Part shown: positions 1 to 12,190 of the stretch, in pieces | Position numbering within the stretch: position 1 is the stretch's first letter | How the letters are laid out: the number at the start of each line of letters is the position of its first letter | Assembly (NCBI RefSeq): GCF_009914755.1 | Contig: NC_060928.1 | Direction: 5' to 3' (one strand) | Source: the human T2T-CHM13v2.0 reference genome, Homo sapiens | Length of the DNA: 64,000 nt | The notes under the pieces: generated by a model | The model's input: only the letters and a program-made list of their open reading frames with translations | Database searches by the model: none | What the model was told of the DNA's origin: nothing | Program-made: the position numbers and the translations under genes

Positions 1-310
1 GTTTTTGCCAAGCTGGTGAATAACCAATGGTATCTTATTTTGGTTGTAAATTATATTTCTCTGTTTGCTAAAATGAGAAACTTCTATTCATGTTTATTGT
101 TCATTTGGATTTCTTTTGTAAGGTACCTGTTCAAATTTTGCCCATTTTCTATTTGTCTTATTGATTTGTAGGATTTCTTTGTATACTCTCAGTTTGAGTC
201 TTCTAGCTTACCCCTTCACTTTTTCATGGTTCCTTTTGATCAATCAAGCTTCTTAATATAATCAAATGTATCAGGCTTTTCTTTCATTCAATAATGCTCT
301 TTTAACCTTT
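1..310 (-). mobile_element. Old L1M (L1ME-like) 3' fragment
   Basis: T-rich decayed L1 antisense motifs (tggtatcttattttggttgtaaattatatttctctg; tttcatgtttattg..catttggatttctt; cctgttcaaa..tgcccattttcta). Boundaries approximate. Confidence 0.6.
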
Positions 311-459
311 CTCCCAGCTTCTTCAGTGTTATGAAATAGAAAGTGTCTTAGTTTTGAAGTCAGCAATATCTGGGTTTGGATTCTGGTATAGCCACTTTCT
401 AGCAATGTGAAATTGGCTAAGCAATGCTCACTAGAGTAAGTTGTCTAAGCCTTATGTTT

Positions 460-678
460 GATATTCATTGTTTGTGCCTGGCATTATTATGTGTGCTTTG
501 CATATATTAAACTGAATGCTAACAACAACCCTACGAGGTAGGTACTATTATCATTCCCATTTTAAAGAAAAAGAAGCTGAGATCAAGATAGGTGAGTAAC
601 TTGCTCCAGGTCAGTATGGTAGGTAGTGGTAAAGCCAATATTCAAAGCCTGGCACCTGCACTAGAGCCTGAACTCTCC
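460..678 (-). mobile_element. MIR SINE
   Basis: MIR core in reverse: aacaaccctacgaggtaggtactattatcattcccattttaaagaaaaagaagctgag...aggtgagtaacttgctccaggtca. Confidence 0.75.
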
Positions 679-2029
679 TCCATACAGACTGTGCTTCTTC
701 CTCAGAAACATGGGAATGAGAATACCTTTCTTTTAGAATTGCTGTGAGCAAAAAAATATGTATGGGAAAGGACTTCCCAGCATTTTTAGTACATAGCAGG
801 TTTTTGTTATTTCTGTGAAATGTAGGGGAGTTGAGGAAACAGAACCGAACGGAACACAAACATTAAAGTCTCTTTGCAAAGTCATATGTATTTTTTTTTT
901 TTTACAGATAATTGTAGAGCAAATTGAATAATTCTTTTACCTTGTTCAGAACAATGAGTCTTTGTTCAGTATCTTTGGTGTAGGAGACAGATGTTCTCTG
1001 AACAACAGACTTAGTATTTTTCTGGTAAGAATAGAAAAAAATCAATTTCTTAGCTCAGTCATATAGATTAATTTCTTAATGATCTTGAAGCGTATAGGAA
1101 AATATACCCTCATTTTAACCATGTGGCCTAAATAGGGCCAGAGAAAACAAATAATAAAGCTTTGAATGGAAGTTGGCGTGAAAGACAAAATGCACCAGGC
1201 AATAAAGATAATTTTGCTTTAGATATTATAATAGGGAGAATTTTCATTTCTGCAGCAGAATGTGTCAAAGAAATGAAGGAGGCTTGGGGTTTTATAGAGG
1301 CAGGTAAACAAGGGAGTCAAGGGGAAGGATGGGGGGGGTCAGTTCTTGGATATGCCAAGGGAGGTGGTTCCTTGAAGTTAACTGTTTCTCACAACATAAA
1401 AGGTTTTTTTTTTAAAACCATTGCTTTTTCCTGGGAGCACAGGGCTCTGGAAATTTTCAACAATGTCACTGCCTTTAGGAAAGCTAAGAAAAATACGGAA
1501 TCCTCTACTGTAACAGCAAGGATATGGGTCAGTATCCAGGCAGTGACAATGGTCAAAGCAAATGTGTAACAAACCTAATCAGGAGCCTAATCCCCTAAAG
1601 AGATGAGGAACCCAAAATCCAAAATGATTTATAACTTTAACTTAAAGACGGATAGTTCACTGGCCACCGACCAGCTCTTTGCACTTGATTGTAAATCAAG
1701 AAATTCAATTAAATATTTGCTCAGCATCTTTTTTTTTTCTAGCAAGTTCTTTATTTTAATTTTAACTTGAAATCAGTGCATTATATTAATAACTCCATTG
1801 GTCGTTTGTCTACTTAACAATCTTTGATGATCTTTCCCATAGTGAAATGATCCTATAAAACCATTGACAGGTTCTAAGATTTTTCCTTTGTCTACCCATC
1901 CCTACTAACTAGAAATACATTTCTGGGAAGTAGTCTAACAATAATTTCAGTTTTGAAAAGGGTCATGGATGGTAAGGAGACTATATTGTTTAAAGGCCTT
2001 TATTGATCCTTTTATAGATTTACTGGAAG

Positions 2030-2190
2030 TTGAAAACTAGCACAAAGAGGTCCCCTGTACCCCTTCACCTAGTTCTCCCTCATGGTGACATCTTACTAAC
2101 TATAGTTCAGTATCAAAACATAGAAATTGATGTTGGTACAGTTAATAGACTATTCAGATTTCATCCATTTTACATTGTTCATTTGTGTGT
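2030..2190 (-). mobile_element. L1MC-like 3' end fragment
   Basis: tacccttcacctagtt..tggtgacatcttactaactatagt..tatcaaaac..gaaattgatgttggtaca..ttcagatttca matches the recalled L1MC 3'UTR in antisense. Confidence 0.6.
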
Positions 2191-2913
2191 GTTAGTATCT
2201 TTAATGCGCCAGACATTGCTTATACTCTGGAATGGAATGTGGTGATACAGACAGTTCTTCAAAACACTTTACACTTTCTTGGGAGGTGTTTGGTTTTGTT
2301 TTGTTTTGTAATGTGGCCTCAATTCTCAAACCTGCCTTTAAGATTTCTCCACTTGTCTTAGAGAGTCAAGAATTAAAGTATTCCAACTGCAGTGAATATT
2401 AATTAAAGAATAAATATATTAAAGTGGGTTGGAGGCAGGGGAATAACATGTCACTTGTCACATTGAGCCAGCTAGTTAGAATTCTCCTGACGGATGCAAA
2501 GGCCTAGGAAGCTTAAGTTCCTAGATAGCTGAGAATCTTTGCCATGAGTGAAAACAATAAGGAACATCACTACCTGGTTGGAATTGCCAAATTTGGCCAG
2601 GCGGATCAGTCCTTTCAAATCTAAGTCTCTGTGTTGGTCATTTTCCTTCCAGCAAGGAAGATCCATTATTTAACAGGTATACAATCTCCAGGAAAACCTA
2701 TGAAAGGTCTGTCAGTATCTTCTGTGCTTTTATAACACATTCATAACACACACACAAAATTACAGTTAAAGTTTCACAAAATACATACACTTATGGGGAT
2801 ATGCTTATTTATTCTTTCATTCATTTTTTTAAAAATTGGTGGTTATTACCTGGTAAATCAATTTCAGGACCGTTGTTTAAAAGAAAAGTCAGTTCAAACA
2901 GTAGTAAGAATTG

Positions 2914-2960
2914 TTAGGTTGGTGCAAAAGTAATTGCGGTTTTTGCCATTAAAAGTAATG
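2914..2960. mobile_element. MADE1 (Hsmar1-derived MITE), one arm only
   Basis: TTAGGTTGGTGCAAAAGTAATTGCGGTTTTTGCCATTAAAAGTAATG is the MADE1 TIR plus spacer. The second TIR is absent. Confidence 0.9.
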
Positions 2961-3066
2961 ATAATAACAGCCTAAAAGTTTTCATAATAAGAGCTACAAT
3001 TTACTGGCTACCTATTATGTGGTAGGTGATTTTCCAAGAAAATGACCAGTCATAACATTCTTGGGA

Positions 3067-3470
3067 TTCATTCATTCAACACATAGTTATTGTGCTCCTA
3101 TTTGCTAGGCATTGTTCTAGTTGACAGAGCAGTGACCAAAGCAGGAAAAAAAAAAAATTCGCTAATGGAATTTACAGTCTAGCAGGGAGAATGTTTAACA
3201 GACACATGAGAAAATCATATTTCATGTCATAGGATGTAAGTACTATGAAGATAAATAATTAGGGAAGGGAGATAAGGAGTACTGGGATGCTAGTTTAAGT
3301 AAGATGGTCATGGCAGACTTCTTTCACAAGGTGATATCTGAAGGAGATGAAAGAGAAAGCCGCAGGGATACTGGGTGGAAGAGAAATCCTGGCTGAAGGT
3401 GTAGCAAGAGCCAGACCTTGAGGCAAGACACATATTGGAGAATTCAAAGGATAGGACAGTGGAGTTATGA
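3067..3470 (-). mobile_element. L2 3' end
   Basis: ttcattcattcaacacatagttattg (the L2 3' TGAA repeat in reverse), then ctaggcattgttctag, tttacagtctagcagggag and aggtgatatctga. Confidence 0.8.
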
Positions 3471-4405
3471 TTCAAATGCAAAACAATAGACTCAGGACAT
3501 TGAGCTCAGGGTCAGACTTAGAGGGTCCTGAACACAGGTCTAGCTGACTCCAAAGTCAGTGCACTTTTACAAATAACCACATGTGCTACTGACTGCTCAT
3601 CTACTATGTGTCATTATCCAAACTCTTGCTCTAAATATTTGATGGCCATCTAACGTTTTCTGGTTAACTAAAAGAGTCAAATTACCCCTGCTAGAAATCA
3701 CATTTCAAAGGAAATTGTCAACAAAAGAAATACACTCAGGACTACAAGCTTTCCAAACATTAATAAGAGGCAAATATGTCTAGTGCATTACTGTTTCAAT
3801 TAATTAAATGATTAGTGAGATAGCACTGGAGAATCATTTTCAGTATAAGCGAAATATTTTTTAATCTAGTGTAAGCAGTAAAGTCACTAGAGAGGAAAGT
3901 AATTTTTCCAGTTTCCTGATTTAAAAATTTCTTTCTTTACAATAAAACGTGATAGCACCAGAGAGCCTTTGGCATGGCATTATGCACTGTGTAGACCTGA
4001 TACCCTGAAGCTTTGTATTTCATGTTACCTTTATGAGGTGGAAAGTCTTCACACTGGCCAGATATGTGCTTGTGAAAAGGTTGGGTAAAAACAGTGCAAT
4101 CATTACAGTGGTTTTTTTCCCAAATGGGTTTTTTTTTTTGTTTTTTTTTTTTTTTTTGCTCATAACTGGTCCTTTGGTGCCCTCTGGTGATACAGCTCAT
4201 GAAAACAAGTACTAGATCGCTAATTCTCTCTCACACTATAGTATTGCCATCTAATGTACACAATTTACAACACCAAAATGCAGAAAGAAAAATTACCCAC
4301 AAGAATAATTGTACACTTATCAGTTTATTTAGTCTTGCCTCACATAAAAATTGCTAAAAGCTTTGAGTTGAGAGTGGTAATGTAAGAGAAAGCAATCTCT
4401 AACTT

Positions 4406-4728
4406 TGTGGGGTTTTTTTGTTTGTTTGTTTTTTTAGTTTTTAGAACATGAGACACCTTCTCACTCTGTCACCCAGGCTGCAGTGTAGTGATGTAATCTG
4501 CACTCACTCTGGCCTGGACCTCCCAGGCTCCAGCAATCCTCCCACCTCAGCTCCTTGAGTAGCTGGGAACACAGGAAGGCGCCACCCCGCCCTGCTAATT
4601 TTTGTATTTGTAGAGATGAGATTTCACTATGTTGCCTGGGCTGGTGTTGAACTCCTGAGCTCAAGTGATCCACCCACCTCAGCCTCCCGAAGTGCTGGGA
4701 TTTACAGATGTGATCCACTGCACCCAGC
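4406..4728 (-). mobile_element. AluJ
   Basis: Reverse Alu with J-type motifs (aatcctcccacctcagc, actatgttgcc, gctcaagtgatcc). TSD AGCAAT(C/G)TCTAACTT at 4391-4405 and 4729-4743. Confidence 0.92.
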
Positions 4729-5039
4729 AGCAATGTCTAACTTCATAAACTGAGACTATGCTAATCAGTGGCAAAGAACAAAATTTTTAAATTTCTAATA
4801 GACTAACAAATAAATCAGTCTTACCACTTCTCTGTGCAGATTGCCAGTAAATCTCCTTTCATTGAAACAAGGCAAATAAATTAAACATGGTGAATAACCC
4901 ACTGACAGAAAGCATGGTATTTTTCTGGGCAATCTGAACTACAAATTGGCTGACAACAGGAAACAGTATGGCCCTACACTACATGATTTTCTATCATTAA
5001 AACTATGGAAATATTTTCCTTGTCCTCATGTCCTCATAG

Positions 5040-5345
5040 ATATGTCTCTTTTAAATAGCATAGAGCTGGATTTTTAAAATCCAATCTGGTAAGCTATTTA
5101 AATTTAAATTGGTGGTTATAGTGATTAATAATGTAGTTGGGCTTGTTTTGCCCCTCTTATTCGTATATAATGTATTTTTATACTTGTTTTGTTCATATTG
5201 TTTTATTTTGAATTAATTGAATCTTTGTCTTTATTTTATTATTTTGTATTCATTGATTTAAAAAATTTTATGTTAACCTTGAAATACTGTCATGCAGATT
5301 TAATAAATTCTTAAGCTAATGATTCTTACTAGTTAAAAATGTAAA
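5040..5345 (-). mobile_element. Old L1M fragment, apparently continued at ~14085-14149 and ~22291-22460
   Basis: tgtctcttttaaatagcatagagctggatttttt..atccaatctg is typical of antisense old L1 near the ORF2 start. Similar L1M-like sequence resumes after the ERV block. Confidence 0.5.
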
Positions 5346-5353
5346 GTATTAAG

Positions 5354-5409
5354 AATGTGAGCTCCACGAGAGCTGGGATTTTTGTCTTTGTCCATTGCTG
5401 TATTCCCAG
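5354..5409 (+). mobile_element. L2 3' end, left part (right part ~14015-14050)
   Basis: aatgtgagctccacgagagctgggatttttgtctttgtccattgctgtattcccag | cacctagaaaacttctgggca rejoins into the L2 3' terminal motif once MER52A is removed. Confidence 0.75.
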
Positions 5410-6767
5410 AGTCACAGGATCCTTGGGGTGTTGTCGCTTTTCCAGCCAGAAACCTCTGTGGCTGCTGGTGCCTTTGCCCAAGTTTTGCTCAGGCCTGCTG
5501 GGCTCATTCTGCCCACTTAGCCTGGCAGGCTGTGCTCGACTCGTGTTACTGGCCTGGATCCCTCACCTGCCAAGGGCAACCCCAGTGCAGAGTATTGAGT
5601 GGTGTGTGAGCAAGCGAGTGTGGGGTTCAGTCACTGCACACACTGAGGTACGCCTGCTGTGGTGGGGTGGACAGCTCCAGGTGTTGGCAAGGGTGCTGGC
5701 TCCCTGCTAGACTGTGGCTGGACCAGGCATACCACAAGCATCTTCCATGGCTGGCACGGGGGAACATGGTGGTGTCCACAAGCTTGGAGATGCCAGGAAC
5801 TGCAGACCCCCAATGAGGGCCTCACAGCCCTGGCTTGGGAGCTCCTAGATCTGGGCTCCTCAAAAGGCTGCAGGTCTTCTCTTTTTCTCTCTTCTTTCCT
5901 TCTTGTTGCCTGCAATGTGGTGAGCAAGGGGCATGTTTCAGCCCTGCTTGTGTTACAGCTCTTTCAGCCCTGCCATATTTGGCAGTTCCTGAGTTCTTGT
6001 CCCATGTCCAGAAAGAATGAGGTATGTGGACAAGTGGAGAGTGAGCAAGGCAAAGAGATGCTTAATTGAGCGACAGAGCAGCTCAGAGGAGACCACAGAG
6101 GTAGCTCCTCTCTGCAGCCAGGTCAACCTATTGTCTGCAGCCCTCAGTGGAGAGGAGGCCCAGAGTTGGTAGCTCCTATCCACAGGCAAGTTGTCCCATC
6201 CTCTACCCAAGCCTGGCTGAGTCTGGGGGTTTTATGGGCTTTAGAGGGGAGATACTGCATGCTGACTGGTCCGTGGGCAGCCGTGGGCAGGCCCAGAAAA
6301 AGCACCGTAAGTTCTCTATCCAGTCTGCAGAACTGATAACCTGGCCCCCAGGCTTCACTCTGTCCCTGGCTTGAAGGTGGGGCTTCGCTGGGTGACCTGC
6401 TCCTTTGTGCCCAGGAGTGTGTCTACCTCCTGCCACCATCAACCTGCCATGCACAGTGCCCAGGCTGTTTGTGCCAAGGGGTGCCTGTAGGCCCTGCACT
6501 GAGCTGCTCTCAGCCCCCACCTCAGCCTCCTTCCTGTGCTTGTCAGTGCCCAAAGTCGGGTGGGGGCTGAGGTGGCAGGGGCCTGGCATGTCAGCACTGC
6601 CTCAAGCACACACACACCCAGCTAGGTTGTGACAGCACCCAGGCTCATCCTCAACTTTACTACAGAATAGGAGTGGGCGCCAGAAGCAGGGAGAGGCCAG
6701 GCACTGGGAGCAGGCAATTCCAAGCCTAAGGGGGCAGGAGGGTTTCCTGGGCTCTGGAGAGCACAGG
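5410..6767 (-). mobile_element. MER52A-type solo LTR (ERV1), 3' portion, interrupted by HERV-K
   Basis: (t>a)gtcacaggatccttggggtg..ccagccagaaacctctgtggc is the reverse MER52A end. GC-rich body. TSD CCAG at 5406-5409 and 14011-14014. Confidence 0.85.
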
Positions 6768-7276
6768 TGTTGGGAACAGGCCCCCAAAATCCGGCCATAA
6801 ACTGGCCACTAAACTGACCATAAACAAAATCTCTGCAGCACTGTGGCATGTTCATGATGGCCATGACACCCATGCTGAAGGTTGTGGGTTTACTGGAATG
6901 AGGGCAAGGAACACCTGGCCTGCCCTGGGTGGAAAACCACTTAAAGGCATTCCTAAGCCACAGACAATAGCATGAGCAATCTGTGCCTTAAGGACATGTT
7001 CCTGCTACAGATAACTAGCAAGGCCCATCCCTTTATTTCGGCCCATACCTTTGTTTCCCATAAGGAATACTTTTAATTAATATATAAACTATAGTAACAA
7101 TGTTTATCACTGGCTTGCTGTCAATAAATGTGTGGGTAAATCTCTGTTTGAGACTCTCAGCTCTGAAGGCTGTGAGATCCCTGATTTCCCACTCCACATG
7201 CTATATTTCTGTGTGTGTGTCTTTAATTCCTCTAGCGCCGCTGGATTAGATCTCCACGCCTGAGCTGGTCTCGGCA
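6768..7276 (+). repeat. 5' LTR (MER9-type)
   Basis: TGTTGGGAACAGGCCCCC...GGTCTCGGCA; TATATAAA at 7081-7088; AATAAA at 7123-7128; direct repeat of 13287-13798. Confidence 0.93.
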
Positions 7277-7278
7277 AG

Positions 7279-7296
7279 TGGCGCCCAATATGGGAG
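7279..7296 (+). promoter_or_regulatory. Primer-binding site, tRNA-Lys(CUU) type
   Basis: TGGCGCCCAATATGGGAG versus the canonical TGGCGCCCAACGTGGGGC (14/18, includes CpG decay), 2 nt after the LTR. A likely major splice donor GTGAGT lies at 7390. Confidence 0.85.
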
Positions 7297-7427
7297 GTTT
7301 GAAACCAGGTCAAAGGGTCCCCGGAGTGACGGTTGGAGAATGTGGAACTATGCTGGAGGACACCTGAGTACTCTTAAGCAATCCCTATGGTGAGTAAGAA
7401 GGGGAGCTCGGAAGCATCAGTGTAACA

Positions 7428-8820
7428 ATGGGACAAGTGTGGGGTCTGGTTCGTTCCACCTTGGAACCTTTTCACACTGATGATGAGGAGAAAGGAGAGT
7501 ATAATGAAGTAACAGAAGAAGTAACAGAGCAAGTTTGTTTGCCTGCTAAAGCTAAAGTGGCAAAGGAGGGAGAGGTTTATCCCTATCCTTCTGCACCCCC
7601 TCCTTATTTTGAAGAAAAAGAGTGGCCTGACCCTCCAGATCTTTCTTTTCTGGAGGATGCTGGGCAAAAAGTGATTGCCCCAGTGACTGTTCAAGCAGCG
7701 CCTCAAGCGATCGCTCTCAGTTCTATTCAGGCAGGAATTCAGCAAGCTAGAAGAGAGGGTGATTTAGAGGCTTGGCAGTTCCCTATTAGAATACACCCCC
7801 CAGATCAACAGGGAAATATTATAGCTACATTTGAGCCTTTTCCTTTTAAATTACTCAAAGAATCTAAACAAGCTATTAATCAATATGGACCAGGTTCTCC
7901 TTTTGTAATGGAACTGTTAAAGAATGTTGCTGTTTCCAGTCAGATGATTCCTACTGACTGGGATGCTCTTGCTCAAGCTTGTCTAACTCTTACTCAGTTC
8001 TTACAATTTAAAACTTTGTGGGCAGATGAAGTTTCCATTCAGGCTGCTTGTAATGCCTAGGCCCAACCTCAGATTAATATAACTGCAGACCAACTTTTAG
8101 GGGTCGGCGGCTGGGCTGGTTTAGATGCACAAGTGGTCATGCAGGATGATGCCATAGAGCAGCTTAGAGGAGTGTGCATTAGAGCTTGGGAAAAAAATCA
8201 CTTCAGGAGGAGAACAATACCCTCCCTTTAGTTCTGTCAAACAGGGACCAAAAGAACCATATGCAGATTTTATAGCGCAGTTACAGGAGTCTCTTAAAAA
8301 GGTGATTGCAGATTCAGCTGCTCAGGATATAGTGTTGTGGTTATTAGCTTTCGACAGTGCTAATCCCAATTGCCAGGCTGCTCTGTGACCTATTAGAGGG
8401 AAAGCACATTTAGTTGATTTTATCAATGCCTGTGATGGTATCGGAGGTAATCTGCATAAGGCTACTCTGCTAGCCCAGGCAATGGCAGGACTGAGAGTGG
8501 ATAAAGGAAATACTCCATTTCCTGGAGCTTGTTTTAACTATGGGAAGCATGATCATACCAAAAAAGAATGTAGAAAAAAATCAGCGAGTCAGGCTGCCAA
8601 ATAGGGAGAAAAGAAAACTGCTGAGCCTGAAATATGTCCAAAATGTAAAAGAGGAAAACACTGGACTAATCAGTGTCACTCTAAATTTGATAAAGATGGG
8701 AACCCGATTTCAGGAAACACCATGAGGGGTCCCTCCTGGGCCCCGTTCTAAACCGGGGCATTCCGGCTCAGACCATTCCCTCACCACTGTACAATGTCTG
8801 TCCCCTGCCACAGCCGGTAG
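7428..8820 (+). pseudogene. gag: HERV-K gag remnant (210-codon ORF to 8060, then stops and frameshifts)
   Basis: MGQ start; PSAP/PPPY late domains; CA motifs (FEPFPFKLLKE..QYGPGSPF; VKQGPKEPYADF MHR near 8235-8270); two Zn knuckles CFNYGKHDHTKKEC and [14 protein letters not shown]. Confidence 0.9.
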
Positions 8821-9620
8821 TGCTGCAGTAGATTTATGCTGCACAAAAGCTGTGAGCCTTCTGCTCGGGGAACCCCTGCAAAAGGTTACAACAGGGGACT
8901 GTGGACCCTTGCCAGCGGGGACGATAGAATTACTTCTAGGCAGGTCTAGTTTAAATTTAAAAGGGGTACAAGTAGAAACAGGAGTCATTGATTCAGATTA
9001 CATCGGGGAAATTCAAATTGTTATATCTACTTATGTTCCCTGGAAAGCAGAGCCAGGAGAGTGTATAGCACAGCTCCTGATTGTGCTGTATGTGGAAATG
9101 GGGAAAAGTGAAATTAAATGAACAAGGATTTGGAAGCACAAATAAACAAGCAAAGCAGCTTATTGGGTAAGTCAAATTACTGATAAGTGTCCTACCTGTG
9201 AAATAACTATTCAGGGAAAGAAATTTAAAGGTTTAGTAGTTACAGGAGTGGACACTTCAATCATTTCTCTACAGCACTGGCCATCCATGTGGCCAATTCC
9301 ACCTGCTCAATTTAACATAGTTGGAGTTGGTAAAGCCCCTGAAGTATATCAAAGTAGTTATATTTTGCATTGTGAAGGGCCCGATGGACAACCTGGGACT
9401 ATTCAACCAATTATAACTTCTGTACCTATAAATTTATGGGGAAGAGATTTATTACAACAATGAGGAGCACAAATTCTAATTCCAGAATAATTATTTAACC
9501 CTCAAAGTCAATATATGATGGATGAAATCGGGTATGTCCCTGGTATGGGACTAGGAAAACATTTGCAAGTTTTGAAGGAACCGCTTCAAGCAGAAAGACA
9601 AAGTTCCCTCCAAGGTTTAG
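8710..9620 (+). pseudogene. pro: dUTPase-protease-G-patch (pro) remnant
   Basis: SAAVDL and GRSS..GVIDSDYIGEIQ (dUTPase); active site LVDTG changed to LVVTG (GTT at 9239-9241); NLWGRDLLQQ; MMDEIGYVPGMGLGK (G-patch); several stops. Confidence 0.9.
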
Positions 9621-12190
9621 GATTTGATGGTGGCCATTGTTAAGCCTCCAGAACCTATACCTTTAAAATGGTTAACAGATAAGCCAATTTGGATAGAACA
9701 ATGGCCACTGAGTAAAGAGAAACTGGAGGCTTTAGAGGACTTCATTACTGAACAATTAGAAAAAGGACACATAGCTCCAACATTTTCCCCTTGCAATTCT
9801 GCAGTTTTCATAATTAAGAAAAAATCAGGTAAATGGAGAATGTTAACTGATTTAAGAGCTCCGTTAATTCAGTTATACAACCTATGGGAGTATTACAGCC
9901 GGGATTGCCTTCTCCTGCCATGATTCCAAAAAACTGGCCTTTAATAGTCATAGATTTAAAAGACTTTTTTTTTTTTTTACTATCCCCTTAGCTGAGCAGG
10001 ACTATGAATGGTTTGCATTTACAATTCCTGCAGTAAACATCCTGCAGCCTGCTAAGTATTTTCACTGGAAAGTGTTGCCACAAGGCATGTTAAACAGTCC
10101 AACAATTTGCCAGACATATGTAGGGGAAGCAATTGAACCTACTCGTAAAAAATTTTCACAGTGTTACATTATTCATTATATGGATGATATACTTTGTGCT
10201 GCCCCCACTGGAGAAATATTACTTCAATGTAATGATCACTTGCAAAATTCAATTTCTTGTGCTAGTTTAATTATAGCTCCTGACAAAATTCAGACTACTC
10301 CTTACTCCTACTTGGAGACCTCAGTAAATGACACTACCATTGTGCCTCAGAAAGTAGCCATACGTAGGGATGAATTGAAAACATTAAATGACTTTCAAAA
10401 ATTACTAGGGGACATTAATTGGATACAACCTGCTGTAGGCATTCATACCTATGCCATGAGTTATCTATTTTCTATCCTTAGAGGAGATCCTAGTCTCACT
10501 AGCCCTTGGCAATTAACAAAAGAAGCTAAGGCAGAGCTGCAGCTAATCGAAAAGCAAGTCCATAAAGCTCAAATAAATAGAATAGATCCAGAGAAGACTC
10601 TAGATTTGCTAATTTTTCCAACTCAGCATTCACCTACTGGTGTTATTGTCCAAGAACAGGACTTAGTAGAATGACTTTTTCTTCCACATACTAATTCACA
10701 GACTCTAACTCTTTATTTGGATCAAATCGCTACTATGATAGGAAATGAAAGAACTTGGATTGTTAAATTACATGGATATGATCCTGGAAAAGTTTATTAT
10801 CCCTCTCACAAAGGCACAAATACATTAAGCTTTTATAAATAGTCTTACTTGGAAAACCCATTTAGTTGACTTTGTGGGTATTCTCGATAATCATTTTCCT
10901 AAAATGAAACTGTTTCAATTTTTGAAATTAACTAATTGAATTCTCACTAAGATAACTAAATTTAAACCAATTGAAGGTGCTGAGAATGTTTTTACAGATG
11001 CGTCTGGTAATGGTAAAGCTTATTCTGGCTCGAAAGGTAAATTTTTTCAGATGCCTTATACTTCAGCTCAAAAAGTAGAGCTTATAGCTGTACTTGAGGT
11101 ATTGACTGCTTTTATTATGCCTATTAATGCAATTCCTGATTCTTCATACGTGGTTCATTCCACACGATTAATTGAAAATGCTCAGTTACGATTTCATACA
11201 GATGAACAACTGATGACTTTATTTATGCAATTGCAAACAGCGGTTAGGAGTAGAATGTACCCTTTTTACATCACTTACATTAGGGCTCATACACCTCTTC
11301 CAGGACCTTTGACTGCAGGGAATCAAATGGCTGATCACCAGTTGCTAATGCAATATCTAATGCTAGACACTTTAACAATTTAACCCATGTTAATGCCTCT
11401 GGTCTCAAATGCAGATACAACATTACCTGGAAAGAAGCTAAAGCTATTATCCAGCGATGCCCAACTTGCCAAATTGTGCATTCCTCATCTTTTACTGGAG
11501 GAGTTAATCCTCGAGGGTTGGAACCTAATTCTCTTTGGCAAATGGATCTCACACATGTTCCCTCGTTTGGGAGACTAGCTTATGTACATGTATGTGTGGA
11601 CACCTTTACTCACTTTTTCTGGGCTACATGCCAATCAGGATAGTCTTCTGCCTGTGATAAATGTCACCTTTTGCAGTGTTTTGTGGTGATGGACATTCCA
11701 GCTTCTGTTAAAACAGATAATGCCCCAGGCTATACTAGCCAAGCTCTAGCTACATTTTTCTGCATATGGAATATTAAACACATTACTGATATCCCATATA
11801 ATTCTCAAGGACAAGCCATAGTGGAAAGAATGAATCTCTCCCTGAAACAGCAGTTGCAAAAACAAAAAAAGGGAGAGAAACAGGGACTACAGGACACCCC
11901 ATATGCAACTGAATCTAGCATTATTAACTTTAAATTTTTTGAGCCTGCCTAAAGGCCAGATGTTATCAGCAGCTGAACAGTATCTACAGAAACCAGCTCC
12001 AAAGACAGAAGCAGAACAACTGGTTTGGTGGAGAGATCTGATAACAAAAAGTTGGGAAATAGGTAAAACAAAAACTTGGGGTAGAGGTTATGCTTGTGTT
12101 CCTCCAGGACCAAATCAACAGCTGATTTGGATACCATGAAGACACCTGAAACCTTATAATGAGCCAGATGCTGAGGAAGAGATTCTGGGA
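9620..12190 (+). pseudogene. pol: RT-RNase H-integrase remnant
   Basis: [43 protein letters not shown] (10177-10188), RNase H SAQKVELIA, integrase WQMD and [25 protein letters not shown]. Fragmented by frameshifts and stops. Confidence 0.93.

Noticed and set aside
1162-1569. 135-aa ORF
   Set aside because: Starts at TTG, has no recognisable domain, and lies in what looks like decayed LTR-like sequence.
5357-6873. Dense cluster of overlapping 60-136 aa ORFs on both strands
   Set aside because: Expected from the GC-rich, stop-poor MER52A LTR; no protein motifs.
8852-12139. dUTPase, RT, RNase H and integrase ORF fragments as functional genes
   Set aside because: All are broken by stops or frameshifts, and the protease catalytic Asp is mutated.
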